Assembly (NCBI GenBank): GCA_963815115.1
Contig: CAWFFN010000009.1
Coordinates: 32,001-96,000, forward strand
From: an uncultured delta proteobacterium
Lineage (GTDB): Bacteria; Desulfobacterota; Binatia; DP-6
Direction of reading: 5' to 3'
DNA: 64,000 nucleotides
This document shows positions 1 through 16,178 of the stretch, in pieces. How positions within the stretch are numbered: the stretch's first letter is position 1; every line of letters starts with the position of its first letter. The notes beneath the pieces were generated by a model. It had not been told where the DNA came from. It made no database searches and was given only the letters and a program-made list of their open reading frames with translations. A program made the position numbers and the translations under genes.

Positions 1-2
1 GC

Positions 3-152
3 GGGCTGGTCATTGCCATGCAAACGCCGGCGACCGGGCCGGCCGCCGCCGCCCGGGCGGGCGATCCACACGGGCTAGAGGTCTCCGGTCTCAAGGACTA
101 CCGCCTCCCGGACGGAGAAGCTCGTCGTCTGCTGATATTCTCGCTCCGCTGA
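3..152 (+). CDS. rsmG: 3' end of 16S rRNA m7G527 methyltransferase RsmG (5'-truncated by the window)
   Basis: Open frame GLVIAMQ...DYRLPDGEARRLLIFSLR* ends at TGA 150-152 and resembles RsmG C-termini; rsmG-parA-parB is a conserved gene order. Confidence 0.6.
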   Translation, partial: GLVIAMQTPATGPAAAARAGDPHGLEVSGLKDYRLPDGEARRLLIFSLR

Positions 153-162
153 AGCCGCGAGG

Positions 163-176
163 GTTTCCCGGGAAAC
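163..176. promoter_or_regulatory. parS-like palindrome GTTTCCCGGGAAAC
   Basis: Perfect 14-bp palindrome with two symmetric differences from GTTTCACGTGAAAC, 40 bp upstream of parA. Confidence 0.55.
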
Positions 177-216
177 GCCTCTGTGGTAGGAACATCACTG
201 CGGTTGGAGGTGTCGG

Positions 217-1020
217 GTGGGACGCGTGATCGCGGTGGCAAACCAGAAGGGTGGGGTGGGGAAGACGACCACGGCGGTCAACCTCGGAGCGGCGCTCGCC
301 CTCGCGGGTCACCGGGCGTTGCTCATCGACGCCGATCCCCAGGCAAGCGCCACGACCGGGCTCGGCCAGCGCAGGTTCGGCGCGGAGAGCACGATCTACG
401 AGCTGCTGCTCGGCGACCGAGCGGCGCACGAGGTCGTGAGCAGGACGCGGGTTGACGGACTCGATCTCGTTCCGTCGACCCGGGACCTGGTAGGGGCCGA
501 GGTCGAGCTGGTCTCCATACCTGATCGCGAGCATCGCCTCTCGGCCAGCCTCGCCCGCGTACGGGACGACTACGCCTTCGTCCTGATCGACTGCCCGCCC
601 TCGCTGAACCTGCTCACCGTGAACGCGCTGCGCGCCGCGGACGGCGTGCTGATCCCGCTGCAGGCCGAGTACTACGCGCTCGAGGGACTGACGGCGCTGC
701 TCGACACCGTCTCCCGTGTCCGTGAGGTGCTGAATCCCGCTCTCGCCGTCGATGGTCTCGTGCTCACCATGTTCGACGGGCGCAACAGCCTCGCGCGCCA
801 GGTGCAGGACGAGGTGCGCGCGCACTTCGGCGCGAAGGTCTTCCGGACCGTGATCCCGCGCAACGTCCGGCTGTCGGAGAGTCCGAGCCACGGCCTGCCG
901 GTGCTGCTCTACGATCCCGCGTCGCGCGGCGCGCAGGCGTACCGGGCCCTCGCCCAGGAGGTGGTCGGCGCCCACGGCGAGGACGCCGCCGCGGCGGATG
1001 ACGCCATACAGGCCAGTTAG
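217..1020 (+). CDS. parA: ParA/Soj chromosome partitioning ATPase
   Basis: Deviant Walker A KGGVGKTT, LIDADPQ, DCPPSL, IPRNVRLSESPSHG; GGAGG RBS. Confidence 0.97.
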   Translation: MGRVIAVANQKGGVGKTTTAVNLGAALALAGHRALLIDADPQASATTGLGQRRFGAESTIYELLLGDRAAHEVVSRTRVDGLDLVPSTRDLVGAEVELVSIPDREHRLSASLARVRDDYAFVLIDCPPSLNLLTVNALRAADGVLIPLQAEYYALEGLTALLDTVSRVREVLNPALAVDGLVLTMFDGRNSLARQVQDEVRAHFGAKVFRTVIPRNVRLSESPSHGLPVLLYDPASRGAQAYRALAQEVVGAHGEDAAAADDAIQAS

Positions 1021-1040
1021 TCGATAAGAAAGGAAGGAAT

Positions 1041-1901
1041 ATGCGTAGGGCTCTGGGTCGCGGACTGGAGACGCTCCTGCCGGGCGCGCCGGCGCCCGCC
1101 ACGACGGGCGTGACGACGGTCCCGACGGCCGAGATCGACGCCAATCCCGAGCAGCCCCGCCGGCGCTTTGATCCCGGCGCACTCGGGGCGCTCGCCGAGT
1201 CCATCCGGCGCCATGGTCTCCTCCAGCCTCTGATCGTTCGCCGTGCGGAGAACGGCTACGAGCTGATCGCCGGCGAGCGCCGGCTGCGCGCCGCACGGCA
1301 CGCGGGCCTCGAGGAGGTGCCGGTGGTGGTGCGCCAGGCGCCGCCGCCGGAGCGTCTCGAGCTGGCGCTGATCGAGAACCTGCAGCGCGAGGATCTGACC
1401 GCGCTCGAGGAAGCCGAGGCCTACCGCCAGCTGATCGAGGTGTACGGTCTCACCCAGGAGGACGTCGCCCAGCGCGTGGGAAAGAGCCGGCCGGCAGTCG
1501 CCAATGCCCTGCGCCTGCTGTCGCTACCGGACTCCGTGAAGGCGCAGCTGGAAGCCGGCGAGCTCACGGCCGGGCATGCCCGCGCCGTGCTCGCGGTCGA
1601 AGGCGAGGAGTCGCGGGTCGCCTTCGCCCGCGAGATCACCACCCAGAAGCTGCCCAAGAGCGAGGCGGAGCGGCTGGCGCGCGCGCGCCGGACTGCGACC
1701 GAGCAGCGTCCGGGGTCGCTGAAGCGGGACCCGCACTGGCGTGCGCTGGCCGACGAGTTGACGCGGGGGCTGCAAACACGCGTGCGGATCACCCGCCGCA
1801 GCAAGGGCGGGACGATCGAAATCGAGTTTTACTCGGACGCGGAGCTCGACCGCCTGCTGACTCACCTGCGTGCCGGGTTGACTGCGGAGCGCGCGTTTTG
1901 A
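1041..1901 (+). CDS. parB: ParB/Spo0J partitioning protein
   Basis: ALGRGL N-terminus, NPEQPR, GERRLRAA CTP box, ENLQREDL, HTH with KSRPAVAN. Confidence 0.97.
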   Translation: MRRALGRGLETLLPGAPAPATTGVTTVPTAEIDANPEQPRRRFDPGALGALAESIRRHGLLQPLIVRRAENGYELIAGERRLRAARHAGLEEVPVVVRQAPPPERLELALIENLQREDLTALEEAEAYRQLIEVYGLTQEDVAQRVGKSRPAVANALRLLSLPDSVKAQLEAGELTAGHARAVLAVEGEESRVAFAREITTQKLPKSEAERLARARRTATEQRPGSLKRDPHWRALADELTRGLQTRVRITRRSKGGTIEIEFYSDAELDRLLTHLRAGLTAERAF

Positions 1902-1927
1902 CACTCTCCGTTGCCCGGTGCTAGAAG
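1898..1927 (+). promoter_or_regulatory. Putative sigma70 promoter for the bactofilin-atp operon
   Basis: TTGACA-18bp-TAGAAG with an extended TG. Confidence 0.45.
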
Positions 1928-1993
1928 CCACGCGGCCCGGGTGGTCGGGTCGCGCCCGGCGCGTGCCCCGGCTCGAACTTTTCGGAGTACTCC

Positions 1994-2533
1994 ATGGCAA
2001 TATTCGGGAAGGATCGAGAGCGAAACGATCGGGGAACGCTGCTGCCGCCGACGGTCGGGGCTCCGGGATCGGACCGTCCGATACCGGCCGAGCGCGAGAG
2101 GAGTCGAGGCATGCCCGACGAAGGGACCACGACCAACGCCTTCCTTGGAAAAGGGAGCCGCATCGTCGGCAAGCTCACCTTCGAAGGACCGGTGCGCATC
2201 GAGGGTCATGTCGAGGGTGAGATCTCGGCTCAGGACGCGTTGACGATCGGCGAGAGCGCCGTGGTGAACGCCCAGCTCGTCGGCAACTCGGTCGTGATCC
2301 AGGGCCGCGTGACGGGCGACGTGACGGCGCGCAAGCGCCTCGAGATCCGGGCACCCGGCAAGCTCTACGGCAACATCTCGTCCCCCAGCCTGGTCATCCA
2401 GGAGGGCGTGATCTTCGAGGGCCAGTGCAACATGGGAGCGGCCGACGCCCAGCGCGCGGAGAAGGATCGCAAGGTGACGCCCTTCCCCACGGAGGGAGCA
2501 CCGCTCAAGGTGCATTCCGAGGGAACCAAGTAG
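1994..2533 (+). CDS. Bactofilin (polymer-forming cytoskeletal protein)
   Basis: Beta-helix repeats GKGSRIVGKLTFEGPVRIEGHVEGEI...LVIQEGVIFEGQCNM. Confidence 0.92.
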   Translation: MAIFGKDRERNDRGTLLPPTVGAPGSDRPIPAERERSRGMPDEGTTTNAFLGKGSRIVGKLTFEGPVRIEGHVEGEISAQDALTIGESAVVNAQLVGNSVVIQGRVTGDVTARKRLEIRAPGKLYGNISSPSLVIQEGVIFEGQCNMGAADAQRAEKDRKVTPFPTEGAPLKVHSEGTK

Positions 2534-2581
2534 GCACGGCGCTCGCCCGGCCCTCGCTTCACGCAGCCCATCGCGCTCCGC

Positions 2582-3007
2582 ATGCTCGAGCTGAACTACA
2601 GCCTCGCCGTCCAAGCCCTGCTCTTCGTGGGGCTCTGGATCGCCCTCAAGCGGCTCTGGTTCGACCCGGCGCTCCGATTGCTGAAAGAACGCGCCGTGCG
2701 CTCGCAGGGGCAGATCGCCGCGGCGCGGGAGCTCGAGGCTGAGGTCGAGCGGCTGCGGCAGGAGCGCAACCTCGTCTTGCAGCAGGCCAAAGCCGAGACG
2801 CAGCGCGAGGTCGCCGAGATGCTGCGGCGGGCGGAGGCGGAGCAGAAGCAGCTCATCGCGCAGGCCAGCGAGGACGCCCAGCGCACGCTCGCCGAGGTGC
2901 GCGGCCGGGTCGCCGAGGAGGTGGCCTCCGCCCGCAAGAGCCTCAGCGGAGAGGTCGGTACCATCGCCCGCGAGGTCGCACGCGTCGTGGTGGGACGGGC
3001 GGTCTGA
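2582..3007 (+). CDS. ATP synthase F0 subunit b'
   Basis: N-terminal TM helix followed by a long coiled coil; precedes b and delta. Confidence 0.85.
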   Translation: MLELNYSLAVQALLFVGLWIALKRLWFDPALRLLKERAVRSQGQIAAARELEAEVERLRQERNLVLQQAKAETQREVAEMLRRAEAEQKQLIAQASEDAQRTLAEVRGRVAEEVASARKSLSGEVGTIAREVARVVVGRAV

Positions 3008-3009
3008 GG

Positions 3010-3510
3010 GTGGAGCACGGCGCGCACCAGGCGGGGGTCGGCGACCTCCTTTTCCCGGCAATCAACTTCGCCATCTTCGCCTACGTGGCGGTGCGCTTTC
3101 TCGCGGGTCCGATCCGCGAATACTTCCGGGATCGCACCGAGCGGCTGCGCGCCGAGCTCCAGGCCGGTGCGCGCGCGCGGCAGGAAGCCGCGCGGCTGCG
3201 CGCCGAGATCGACCGCGAGATCGCCGAGCTGCCGGCGCAGCAGGCCCGCCTGAAGGCCGACCTTCTCGCGACGGCGGAGGGGGCACGTGCGGGCCTGCTG
3301 GCGCAGGGACGGGAGGCGGCGGAGCGCATCCGGGCCGACGCTCGCCTGGTCGGCGAGCAGGAGGTGCAGGCAGCGCGCCGCGCGGTACGCGCGGAGGTGG
3401 TGGAGGAGGCGATCCGCCAGGCGATTCCACTGGTGCGCGCAGCGCTGACTCCGGACGACCAGGCGCGCTTCGTGCGCGAGTTCGTCGAATCGGTGAGGCC
3501 CGCGCCGTGA
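3010..3510 (+). CDS. atpF: ATP synthase F0 subunit b
   Basis: AINFAIF TM segment plus coiled coil; operon position. Confidence 0.85.
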   Translation: MEHGAHQAGVGDLLFPAINFAIFAYVAVRFLAGPIREYFRDRTERLRAELQAGARARQEAARLRAEIDREIAELPAQQARLKADLLATAEGARAGLLAQGREAAERIRADARLVGEQEVQAARRAVRAEVVEEAIRQAIPLVRAALTPDDQARFVREFVESVRPAP

Positions 3511-4049
3511 GTGGCAACCTGGCCAGACGATATGCGCGGGCGCTGCTGGAGCTGGCTCGCGAGGCCGGAACGCTCGACGCCAGCGGCCGAGAGCTCGCCG
3601 ACACGGCCGCGACGTTCGACGAGCCGCGGCTGCGAGCGGTGGTGTTGAACCCCGCCATCGCCGGCGGCGCGCGCCGCAAGATCGTCGGCGAGGTGGTGGC
3701 GGCGCTCGGCGTTTCCACGGACGTCGGCAACCTGGTGAAGCTCCTGGCCGATCGGGGGCGCCTCCGGCTGCTGGGCGAGGTGGCCCAGGCTTACGAGGGG
3801 CTCGTCGACCACGAGCTCGGACGGACGCGGGCGCGGATCCGCTCCGCAGCGCCTCTCGGTGCCGCGGAGAAGGCCGAGCTGAGCGGGCTGGCGAAGCGAC
3901 TGGTCCACACCAGCGAGGTGATCGTGGACACCGAGGTCGACCCGGAGCTGCTCGGGGGCGTCGTGCTGGACATCGGCGGGACGGTCTGGGACGGGAGTCT
4001 CCGCACACAGCTGCTCCGAATGAGCAGTCAGATGGCCGAGAGCGGCTAG
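3507..4049 (+). CDS. atpH: ATP synthase F1 subunit delta
   Basis: LARRYARAL, VDPELLGGVV, WDGSL motifs. Confidence 0.93.
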   Translation: MSGNLARRYARALLELAREAGTLDASGRELADTAATFDEPRLRAVVLNPAIAGGARRKIVGEVVAALGVSTDVGNLVKLLADRGRLRLLGEVAQAYEGLVDHELGRTRARIRSAAPLGAAEKAELSGLAKRLVHTSEVIVDTEVDPELLGGVVLDIGGTVWDGSLRTQLLRMSSQMAESG

Positions 4050-4085
4050 CGAACGGCTAGCGCCGGGTCAGGGGGAAGAACGGTC

Positions 4086-7883
<3,798 letters not shown>

Positions 7884-7884
<1 letters not shown>

Positions 7885-8150
7885 TGGCGGATTCGCTGCG
7901 GCTGCGCGTCTACACGCCGGAGCAGGAGCTCTTCGACGGCGAGGTGCGCGAGGTGACCGCTCCCGGCGCCTACGGCGAGATCGGCATCCTGCCCGATCAC
8001 GCGGCGCTCGTGACCACGCTCGAGCCGGGCGTCCTGTCCTACAAGCAGGACGGACGGGTCGGCCGCTTCCAGATCGCGGGCGGCTTCGCCGAGGTGCGCG
8101 ACAACGTGGTCACGGTCCTGGCTGATTCGGGCGAGCCGGTCGCGGCCTGA
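7884..8150 (+). CDS. atpC: ATP synthase F1 subunit epsilon, N-terminal beta domain only (88 aa)
   Basis: TPE, GEIGILPDH, GGFAEV; stops before the usual C-terminal helices. Confidence 0.92.
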
Positions 8151-8158
8151 TCCCTGCC

Positions 8159-8905
8159 GTGGGTCGACTCGAGAGCAAGATCGCGCTGGTAACCGGTGGC
8201 GGCCGCGGGATCGGGCGCGGCATCGCCCTGGAGTTCGCGCGCGAGGGAGCGGACGTCGCTGTCAACTACCGCCGCGCTCGCGAGGCCGCCGAGACGACGG
8301 CGCGCGAGATCGAGGGGATGGGACGGCGCGCCGTCGTCGTCCAGGCCGACGTCGGCGACCCGGAAGCCGTCGAGCGCATGGTGGCGGAGGCGAAGACCGT
8401 CTTCGGCCGCATCGACGTCGCCGTGGCGAACTCCGGCGTGGCGAGCCGCGTGTCGGCCGTGCACGCCATGGACCCGGGCGAGTGGCGGCGCGTGCTGGGG
8501 ACCGATCTCGACGGCGCGTTCTACACGGCCCGCGCCGTGCTCCCGGCGCTCCTCGAGTCGCGCGGCGTGCTGCTGTTCATCTCCTCGGTGGGCGCGGACA
8601 TGGCGGCGGCGGGTGGGGCGCCGTACCACGTCGCGAAGGCGGGGGTGAACACGCTGATGCGGGTCATCGCGAAGGAGGTGGCGGGCGCCGGCGTGCGGGT
8701 CAACTGCATCGCGCCCGGTCTGGTGCGCTCCGACATGGGCGACCGACTGATCAAGTTCGTGGGCGAGGGCATCACGCAGACCATCCCGCTCGGGCGCGTC
8801 GGTGAGCCGAGCGACATCGGCAAGGCCGCGGTGTACCTCGCCTCGGACGATGCGGCCTGGGTGACCGGAAAGATACTGCGCGTCGACGGCGGCGCCTGCA
8901 TGTAG
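8159..8905 (+). CDS. SDR family oxidoreductase (FabG-like)
   Basis: TGGGRGIG, YHVAK (YxxxK), RVNCIAPG. Confidence 0.93.
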   Translation: MGRLESKIALVTGGGRGIGRGIALEFAREGADVAVNYRRAREAAETTAREIEGMGRRAVVVQADVGDPEAVERMVAEAKTVFGRIDVAVANSGVASRVSAVHAMDPGEWRRVLGTDLDGAFYTARAVLPALLESRGVLLFISSVGADMAAAGGAPYHVAKAGVNTLMRVIAKEVAGAGVRVNCIAPGLVRSDMGDRLIKFVGEGITQTIPLGRVGEPSDIGKAAVYLASDDAAWVTGKILRVDGGACM

Positions 8906-8925
8906 AGGCGGCGAGGCCGCGCCGG

Positions 8926-11900
8926 TCAGAATTCCCACGTGATCGGAAATCGAGGGTCCGGTCGGTAGGAGCAGAAGTTGCCGGTGTGGATGGTCGTCTG
9001 GAGGAGCGGGCCGAGCGAGTCGCTGCGCTTCGTGACGGCCTCGATCGCTCGCTGAATGGCCCGCGTCACGCTCACCCGGGCCCGCTCCGCAGAAGAGCCG
9101 GCGCGGCGCGAACGGCCTCCCAGGCCGAGGGCCCGGCCGAGCTCGGCGGTCAGGAACTCCATCTCCGACCGTATCTTCGCGACACGTCCAAGATCGTTGA
9201 GATCCTGCACCTCCTGCAGCTCCCCCTCGAGCTCTCGCAGCTGACGACGGTACTCGCTGGCGGCGCGGCGATCGAGGTGCTCGCCGGCGTCCGTCGAGAC
9301 CGGCGGCTGGAGGCCTCCCCGCTGCGCCTCGGGCTGAGCTCCCGGGTCAGGAGGTCCCGCACTCGCGGCCGCGTCGCATGCGAGCAGCTCGGCCGCGTGA
9401 AATTCGGCTCCGGGATGGCGGAGGAGACGGGCGAGGTACCTGAGGCCCAGTGTGGCCTTGACCCGTACGACGTCCCGTCCTCGCGCGATCGTCCAGAGCT
9501 CGCCCTCTTCCCGGAAGACCGCCACATCGCTGGAGGGAGCGTCCGGAGCGGCGGGTTCCTCTACGGCGCTCGTACCCGTCAGCAGCTGGAGCCGCCGCGC
9601 CCATCCCGCGAGGACGCGCATGTCGAGCTGCTCCGCCAGATCGAGCACCTCGAGGAGGAGCGTCGCGAGACGATCGCGGTCCCCGGGCTGGTGCCTCGCG
9701 ATCAACATCATCGCGTACCCCAGCTTCGTCAGGGCAACGAGCGATCGGGCCCGCAGATCCGCGTTGGCCCGCAGCGCGCTCTGAAAGTGTGACTCGGCCT
9801 CCTCCCATCGTGCCATCGCGGTCGCGAGCATCCCCAGGGGCCGCGCAACGGAGCCGAGACACGCGAGACCGGTGCTGACGACGACGCAACGATCGGCGAA
9901 CGGCAGGAGCAGGTCGTAGAGCACGGCGGCCCGGGGCTTGTCGAACAGGAAGCAGCAGGTCTGCGCGAGATTGACCAGCGTCACGAGCCAGTGGGCGTCG
10001 CGCGGGATGTCGGCGAAGTCGCCGGTGGCGAGGTACTCGAACTCGCGCCGCGCTTCGGCTTCCCGGCCGGAGTCGCAATGGATGAGCGCCATGACGCTGC
10101 GCCACACGGAGCTCTCCGGATACTGCTCCACGAGTCGGGCGGCCTGCTCCTGGAACTGCTCCAGACCGCGGCCGCCACCGAGGGCGATCAGCTGAGCAGC
10201 GAACGCCTGCATGGCATCGGGGTCCTGCGCCCGGCGGCCGATCTCCAGCGCCTCCTCGGCGCGCCGCTCGGCGTCGTCGAATCGTCCCTCGAGGCCCGCA
10301 CGCATGGCCCTCCAGACGGCCGAGAACCATCGGAGCAGCGGAGACGCGGGCTCACCGGCTTCGCGCTGGAGCTCCTCGAACTCGCGGTCGGCGCGGCCCA
10401 CGTCGGCCGTTTCGAGAAGAGCCGTGAGGCGCCAGATCCGTGCACGGAGCGCGAGCTCGTGCTCGCCAGCATCGGCCGCGCGGCACACGATCTCGGATGC
10501 GGTGTCCAATCGCCCGGCGGCGTTGTCAGGCGTCCAGAGGGCGACGTGTCGGGCACTCAACGCGTGTGCAAGGAGCGCCGGATCGCGCAGTCGCCGGGCG
10601 ATCTCGACGGCTCGCTCGCTCGACGACGCACGCCTCGACGCCGAGCCCGACCAGTAGAGCTCCATGGCGAGGCGGCCGAGCAAGCGCGCCGTCATTGGCC
10701 CATCGTCCTCGCCGTTGGCGGCGAGTGCTTCCTCGAGAAGCCGGACGGCAGGCCAATCCACCGCGCCGCTCGTGATGCCGAGCCCGGCGAACCCCTGCGT
10801 CATGCCGAGAGCGGCGCGGCCGAGCATCGCGCCGTCGCGGCGCCGCCGCGCGAGAGCCGCAACACGCTCGAAGGTTTCGCGGGCGTCGTCACGCTCCCCC
10901 GAGCGTTGCCGGGAGTCGGCGAGTGCCAGCAAGAGGTCGCCTTGCCGCGCCTCGTCGGGTGGCCCGAGGGCCAGCGCCTGGAGCGCCCGTTCGTAGTGTG
11001 CGACGGCTTTCTCGTATGCGGCGGATACGAGGGCGCGCTCTCCCGCCTTGGCCTCGTACACGACGGCGCGTTGCACGTCTCCCCCGATCGCCGCGTGGAA
11101 GAAGTGGTGTGCCAGCTCTTCGAGGTGCGACTCGGGGCCTGCCGCGTATCGGGCCTCCAGGACGCTCGCGACCCGTCGATGTCCAACGAGCCGCGCGGTT
11201 GCACCTTGATCCTCGTAGAGCGTCTCTCGCACGAGCGCGTGGGAGAACGTGTAGCGGCCGATGGCGTCCGCTTCGCTTCGGATGATCCCTGCGTCCTGTG
11301 CCTCACCGAGCAGTCTGGAGCAGCCGTCCCATCTCCATTCCGGACGCCTGCGCGAGGATCGTGAGATCGAACTCACGCCCGAGCACCGCGGCCAGCGAGA
11401 GAAGGTGCCGCGTTCCGGCGTCGAGTGATGCCGTCCGGCGGCGAATCGCTTCGCGTACCTCGCCCGGGATCGGAAATCCGTCCAGCGGCGACGGGTCGGT
11501 GCGCTGGATCCGCCCCTCGGCCATCAGAAGGCGGACGAAGGCGTCGACGAAGAATGGGTTGCCGTCCGTGGCGTCGCAGACGGCACGTACCAGCACCGGG
11601 GCAGGCACGTAGCCAGTGCTCACACGGATGAAGCGCTCGACATCGGCCGTCTCCAGGCCCCGCAGCGGGATGCGCTTGCTGGCGCCCGCGATCTCGCCGA
11701 GAAGCCCCCTCGCTATCGGCCGGCTGCGCGCCTCGTTCTCTCGATAGGTGCCGACGACGAACACTCGAACGTCGCCGACCTGGCCGGTCAGAAATTGCAG
11801 CAAATGCAGCGTGGCCCGGTCGGCCTCGTGCAGGTCCTCGAAGACCAGCACGAGCGGCTGGACCTCGGCGGCACGTCGCAGGAACATCGAGACACCGTCG

Positions 11901-12283
11901 AACAGCCGAAAGCGCGCGAAGTCCGCATCGGCAGGAGCCGGCGCGGGAAGCGTTCCCAGCATGTCCCGGAGCTCTGGCACGATCTGGGCGAGGTACGGAG
12001 CTGCGGAGCCGAGCAAGGTCTCCAGCGTGGAACGGTCGTGACGACGAAGGAAGGATCGGATCGCCTGAACCCACGACCAATACGCCGGCGCCTCGTCTCC
12101 CTCCGCTCCCTGGCCCCACAAGACCAACGCTCCCCGTTCGGTGGCCCGCCGGCTGAGCTCGTGGGCCAGCCGCGTCTTTCCGATCCCGGCCTCGCCCACG
12201 ACCATGCACAGCCCGCCCCGGCCCTTGCTCGCGGTATCGAGAAGCGAGAGGAGCGTCGTCAGCTCGCTCTCGCGGGCAATCAT
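8926..12283 (-). pseudogene. STAND (AAA_16-type) ATPase-TPR-winged-helix regulator, split by one frameshift near 11313 (pseudogene or assembly error)
   Basis: GEAGIGKT, LVFEDLHEAD and GNPFF lie in ORF 11303-12484; the protein continues as LLGEAQDAGII...YTFSHALVRETLY, TPRs and a FREEGELWTI...IHTGNFCSY domain in ORF 8926-11376. Confidence 0.8.
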
Positions 12284-12773
12284 CGGGATCCCGCCCGCCT
12301 CGTTTCCTGGCGTCCGGTGACCTGTGGAGGGCGCTTCACGTGCGGTTCCCGCGGCAGGAGGACGTCGCAATCCATGGCGCGACCTTCCGGGATGAACGTC
12401 CGGCGTGCCGTCAGCTGTCCGGGGCCGCCCGGCCGAGGCGACCTCCGCGAACACGGCACGCACACCCGCGGGAGCTGATGACATCGACGTGCGACCCCTT
12501 CGGCAGTTGATTGAAGCGCGTTGTAGCTAGTACGGAGCCGCCAGGAGGAGGGATCGGACAAGCTGGCGGTGGACGACGGGCAGGGACGCGACCAGTCGCC
12601 GTCGAGGACGATGATTTCCCTGAAGATAATGCGTGCGGAGCGGCGCCCGCATCGTTTCGGAAGCGGGTGAACCGCGGGCGGATGGTAATGGACCTGATCC
12701 TGCGCTTCATGGGGCTCGTAATGACGCAGCCTGGCGAGGTCAGGGTCTGCGCGAGACGCGAGGAGGAGGTGAC

Positions 12774-13217
12774 ATGATCCAGCTACCGACCTGGATGCGA
12801 CGCGCGTTGCTGGCGACGGCCGTCATGAACGTCCTCGGCGCGGGCTCATTCCTACCCTCGGCGGGCGCCGTCCGGGCGCTCGCGGGGCTTCCGGACGGTG
12901 CTCATCCCCTCTACCTCGCAACGATCGCCATGTTCGTCCTGCTCTTCGGGCTCGGCTATCTCTGGTCCGGCGTGACCGGATACGCGGACCGCCTCTTCAT
13001 CGCCATCTCCGCGATCGGCAAGATATCGTTCTTCATCCTCCTCTCGGGCTTCTGGGCGGTCGGCCAGCTCTCGCCGCGTGCGCCGCTGCTGGGAAGCGCC
13101 GATCTGTTCTTCGGCGTGCTGTTCCTGATCTGGCTCTCCAGATCCGGGTCCGCCGTCGCGGCGGAGCTGCCGGCAGCGGGCGCCGGTCGTCGCCCCCTGG
13201 CGTCGGGCCGGCGGTGA
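12774..13217 (+). CDS. Small integral membrane protein (about 4 TM)
   Basis: GGAGGAGGT RBS before ATG 12774; four hydrophobic segments. Confidence 0.75.
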   Translation: MIQLPTWMRRALLATAVMNVLGAGSFLPSAGAVRALAGLPDGAHPLYLATIAMFVLLFGLGYLWSGVTGYADRLFIAISAIGKISFFILLSGFWAVGQLSPRAPLLGSADLFFGVLFLIWLSRSGSAVAAELPAAGAGRRPLASGRR

Positions 13218-13245
13218 TCGGCGGCCGTGTGGGCCGTCGCGAGCT

Positions 13246-13668
13246 TCAGGCGCGCGACTTCAGCAGATCGCGAATCTGACTGAGGAGCTTCACCTCGTCC
13301 GAGGGCTCGGCGGCCGCTGCCGGCTCGGCTGCGACCTCCGGGGTGCGCAGAAGGTTGATCTGCCGCACCACGATGAAGATGGCGAAGGCCACGATGACGA
13401 AGTTGACGATGTTGTTGAGGAACATGCCGTAGTTCACGGTCGGTGCGCCGGCCGCCTTGGCAGCGGTGAGCGAGTCGTAATGCTGCCCGGTGAGACTCAC
13501 GAACAGGTTCGAAAAATCGACCTTCCCGATGAGCAGACCGAGAGGCGGCATGATCACGTCGTCCACGAGCGACGAGACGATCTTCCCGAACGCCGCACCG
13601 ATGATCACGCCGACCGCCAGGTCGAGCGCGTTGCCCTGGATCGCGAACTTCTTGAACTCGTTCCACAT
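13246..13668 (-). CDS. mscL: Large-conductance mechanosensitive channel
   Basis: [32 protein letters not shown]...LLSQIRDLL. Confidence 0.96.
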   Translation of the reverse strand: MWNEFKKFAIQGNALDLAVGVIIGAAFGKIVSSLVDDVIMPPLGLLIGKVDFSNLFVSLTGQHYDSLTAAKAAGAPTVNYGMFLNNIVNFVIVAFAIFIVVRQINLLRTPEVAAEPAAAAEPSDEVKLLSQIRDLLKSRA

Positions 13669-13859
13669 GCCCCCACCTCCGTTGGCGTCCGGCTCTTGCG
13701 ACGCCTCGAGCGAGTTCAGGTGAGTACCAGCATGCTGCATAGCAGACCCGGCCTCGACGTGCACCGGGGGTTCGGGAGCCGTGGGGAGCCTCTTTCACCG
13801 TACGAATTCGCACGTTAGGGTGCGCCGGCAGGACGCCCCGCAGGAGGAGGTTCCGGAGA

Positions 13860-15374
<1,515 letters not shown>

Positions 15375-15377
15375 CCG

Positions 15378-16085
15378 TCACCCGGCGTCGAGCTCGCTGG
15401 CGGCGTCGGGGTCGAGGAGGAAGAGCACCGGCGGCCCGGAGCGCGCGGCGATGGCCACCGGGAGCTGCGAGGACGCGTCCCGGATGGCCTCGCGCAGGAT
15501 CGAGGCCTTGCCGGCGCCGAACGCGCCGACCCAGATGCTGCGCGCGGCGGCCAGCACCGTCATCGTGAGGGTCACCCGGCGAGGCGGAGGCTTGGGCGAG
15601 TCGGTCACGCTGGCGACCCACAGGGTGCGCTCGCGGAGCAACGGATGGCCCGGAAAGAGCGAGCAGACGTGCCCGTCCGGTCCCATGCCGAGGAGCGCGA
15701 CGTCGAGCCGCGGCGGGTCGCCCAGGGTCGCGCGCAGCGTCTCGGCATAGGCCGTCGCGGCCGCATCGAGGTCGCCCCGATCGGCGTGCACCGGGTGTAC
15801 CCGTGCTGGCACGTGATCGAGCCACAGCCTGCGGGCCAGACCGCAGTTCGACTCGGGGTCGGTCTCCGGCACGGCTCGCTCGTCGCCGAAGAAGACGTGC
15901 ACAAGGTCCCAGGGCAGCGCGAGGCGCGCGAACGCCGGGAACATCGCCTCGGCCACCGAGCCGCCCGGCAGCGCGCACGCGAAGAGGCCGCGTTTCGCGA
16001 CCGCGTCGCGGGCGGCGGCGGCGAAGCGCTCGGCGGCGAGCTTCACCAGCGCGTCTCGGGCATCGACCACGATCTCCGGTCGCAT
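15378..16085 (-). CDS. pgl: 6-phosphogluconolactonase
   Basis: GGS, FFGDERAVP, LGMGPDGHVCSLFP, SPKPPPRRVTLT. Confidence 0.93.
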   Translation of the reverse strand: MRPEIVVDARDALVKLAAERFAAAARDAVAKRGLFACALPGGSVAEAMFPAFARLALPWDLVHVFFGDERAVPETDPESNCGLARRLWLDHVPARVHPVHADRGDLDAAATAYAETLRATLGDPPRLDVALLGMGPDGHVCSLFPGHPLLRERTLWVASVTDSPKPPPRRVTLTMTVLAAARSIWVGAFGAGKASILREAIRDASSQLPVAIAARSGPPVLFLLDPDAASELDAG

Positions 16086-16178
16086 GCCCCACTCCTACGG
16101 CCGGCGCGGCGCCGCGACAAGGACCCTCCCCGGATCGGGTTTGCGAGGCCGGTACGCGGTGCTACGGTCCGGGCGACC

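Noticed and set aside
12519-12535. CGTTGTAGCTAGTACG upstream of the first STAND regulator as a fourth motif site
   Set aside because: Only one partial half-site matches; suggestive but insufficient
12511-12777. 88-aa ORF in the divergent intergenic region
   Set aside because: TTG start, no recognisable motifs; probably regulatory DNA
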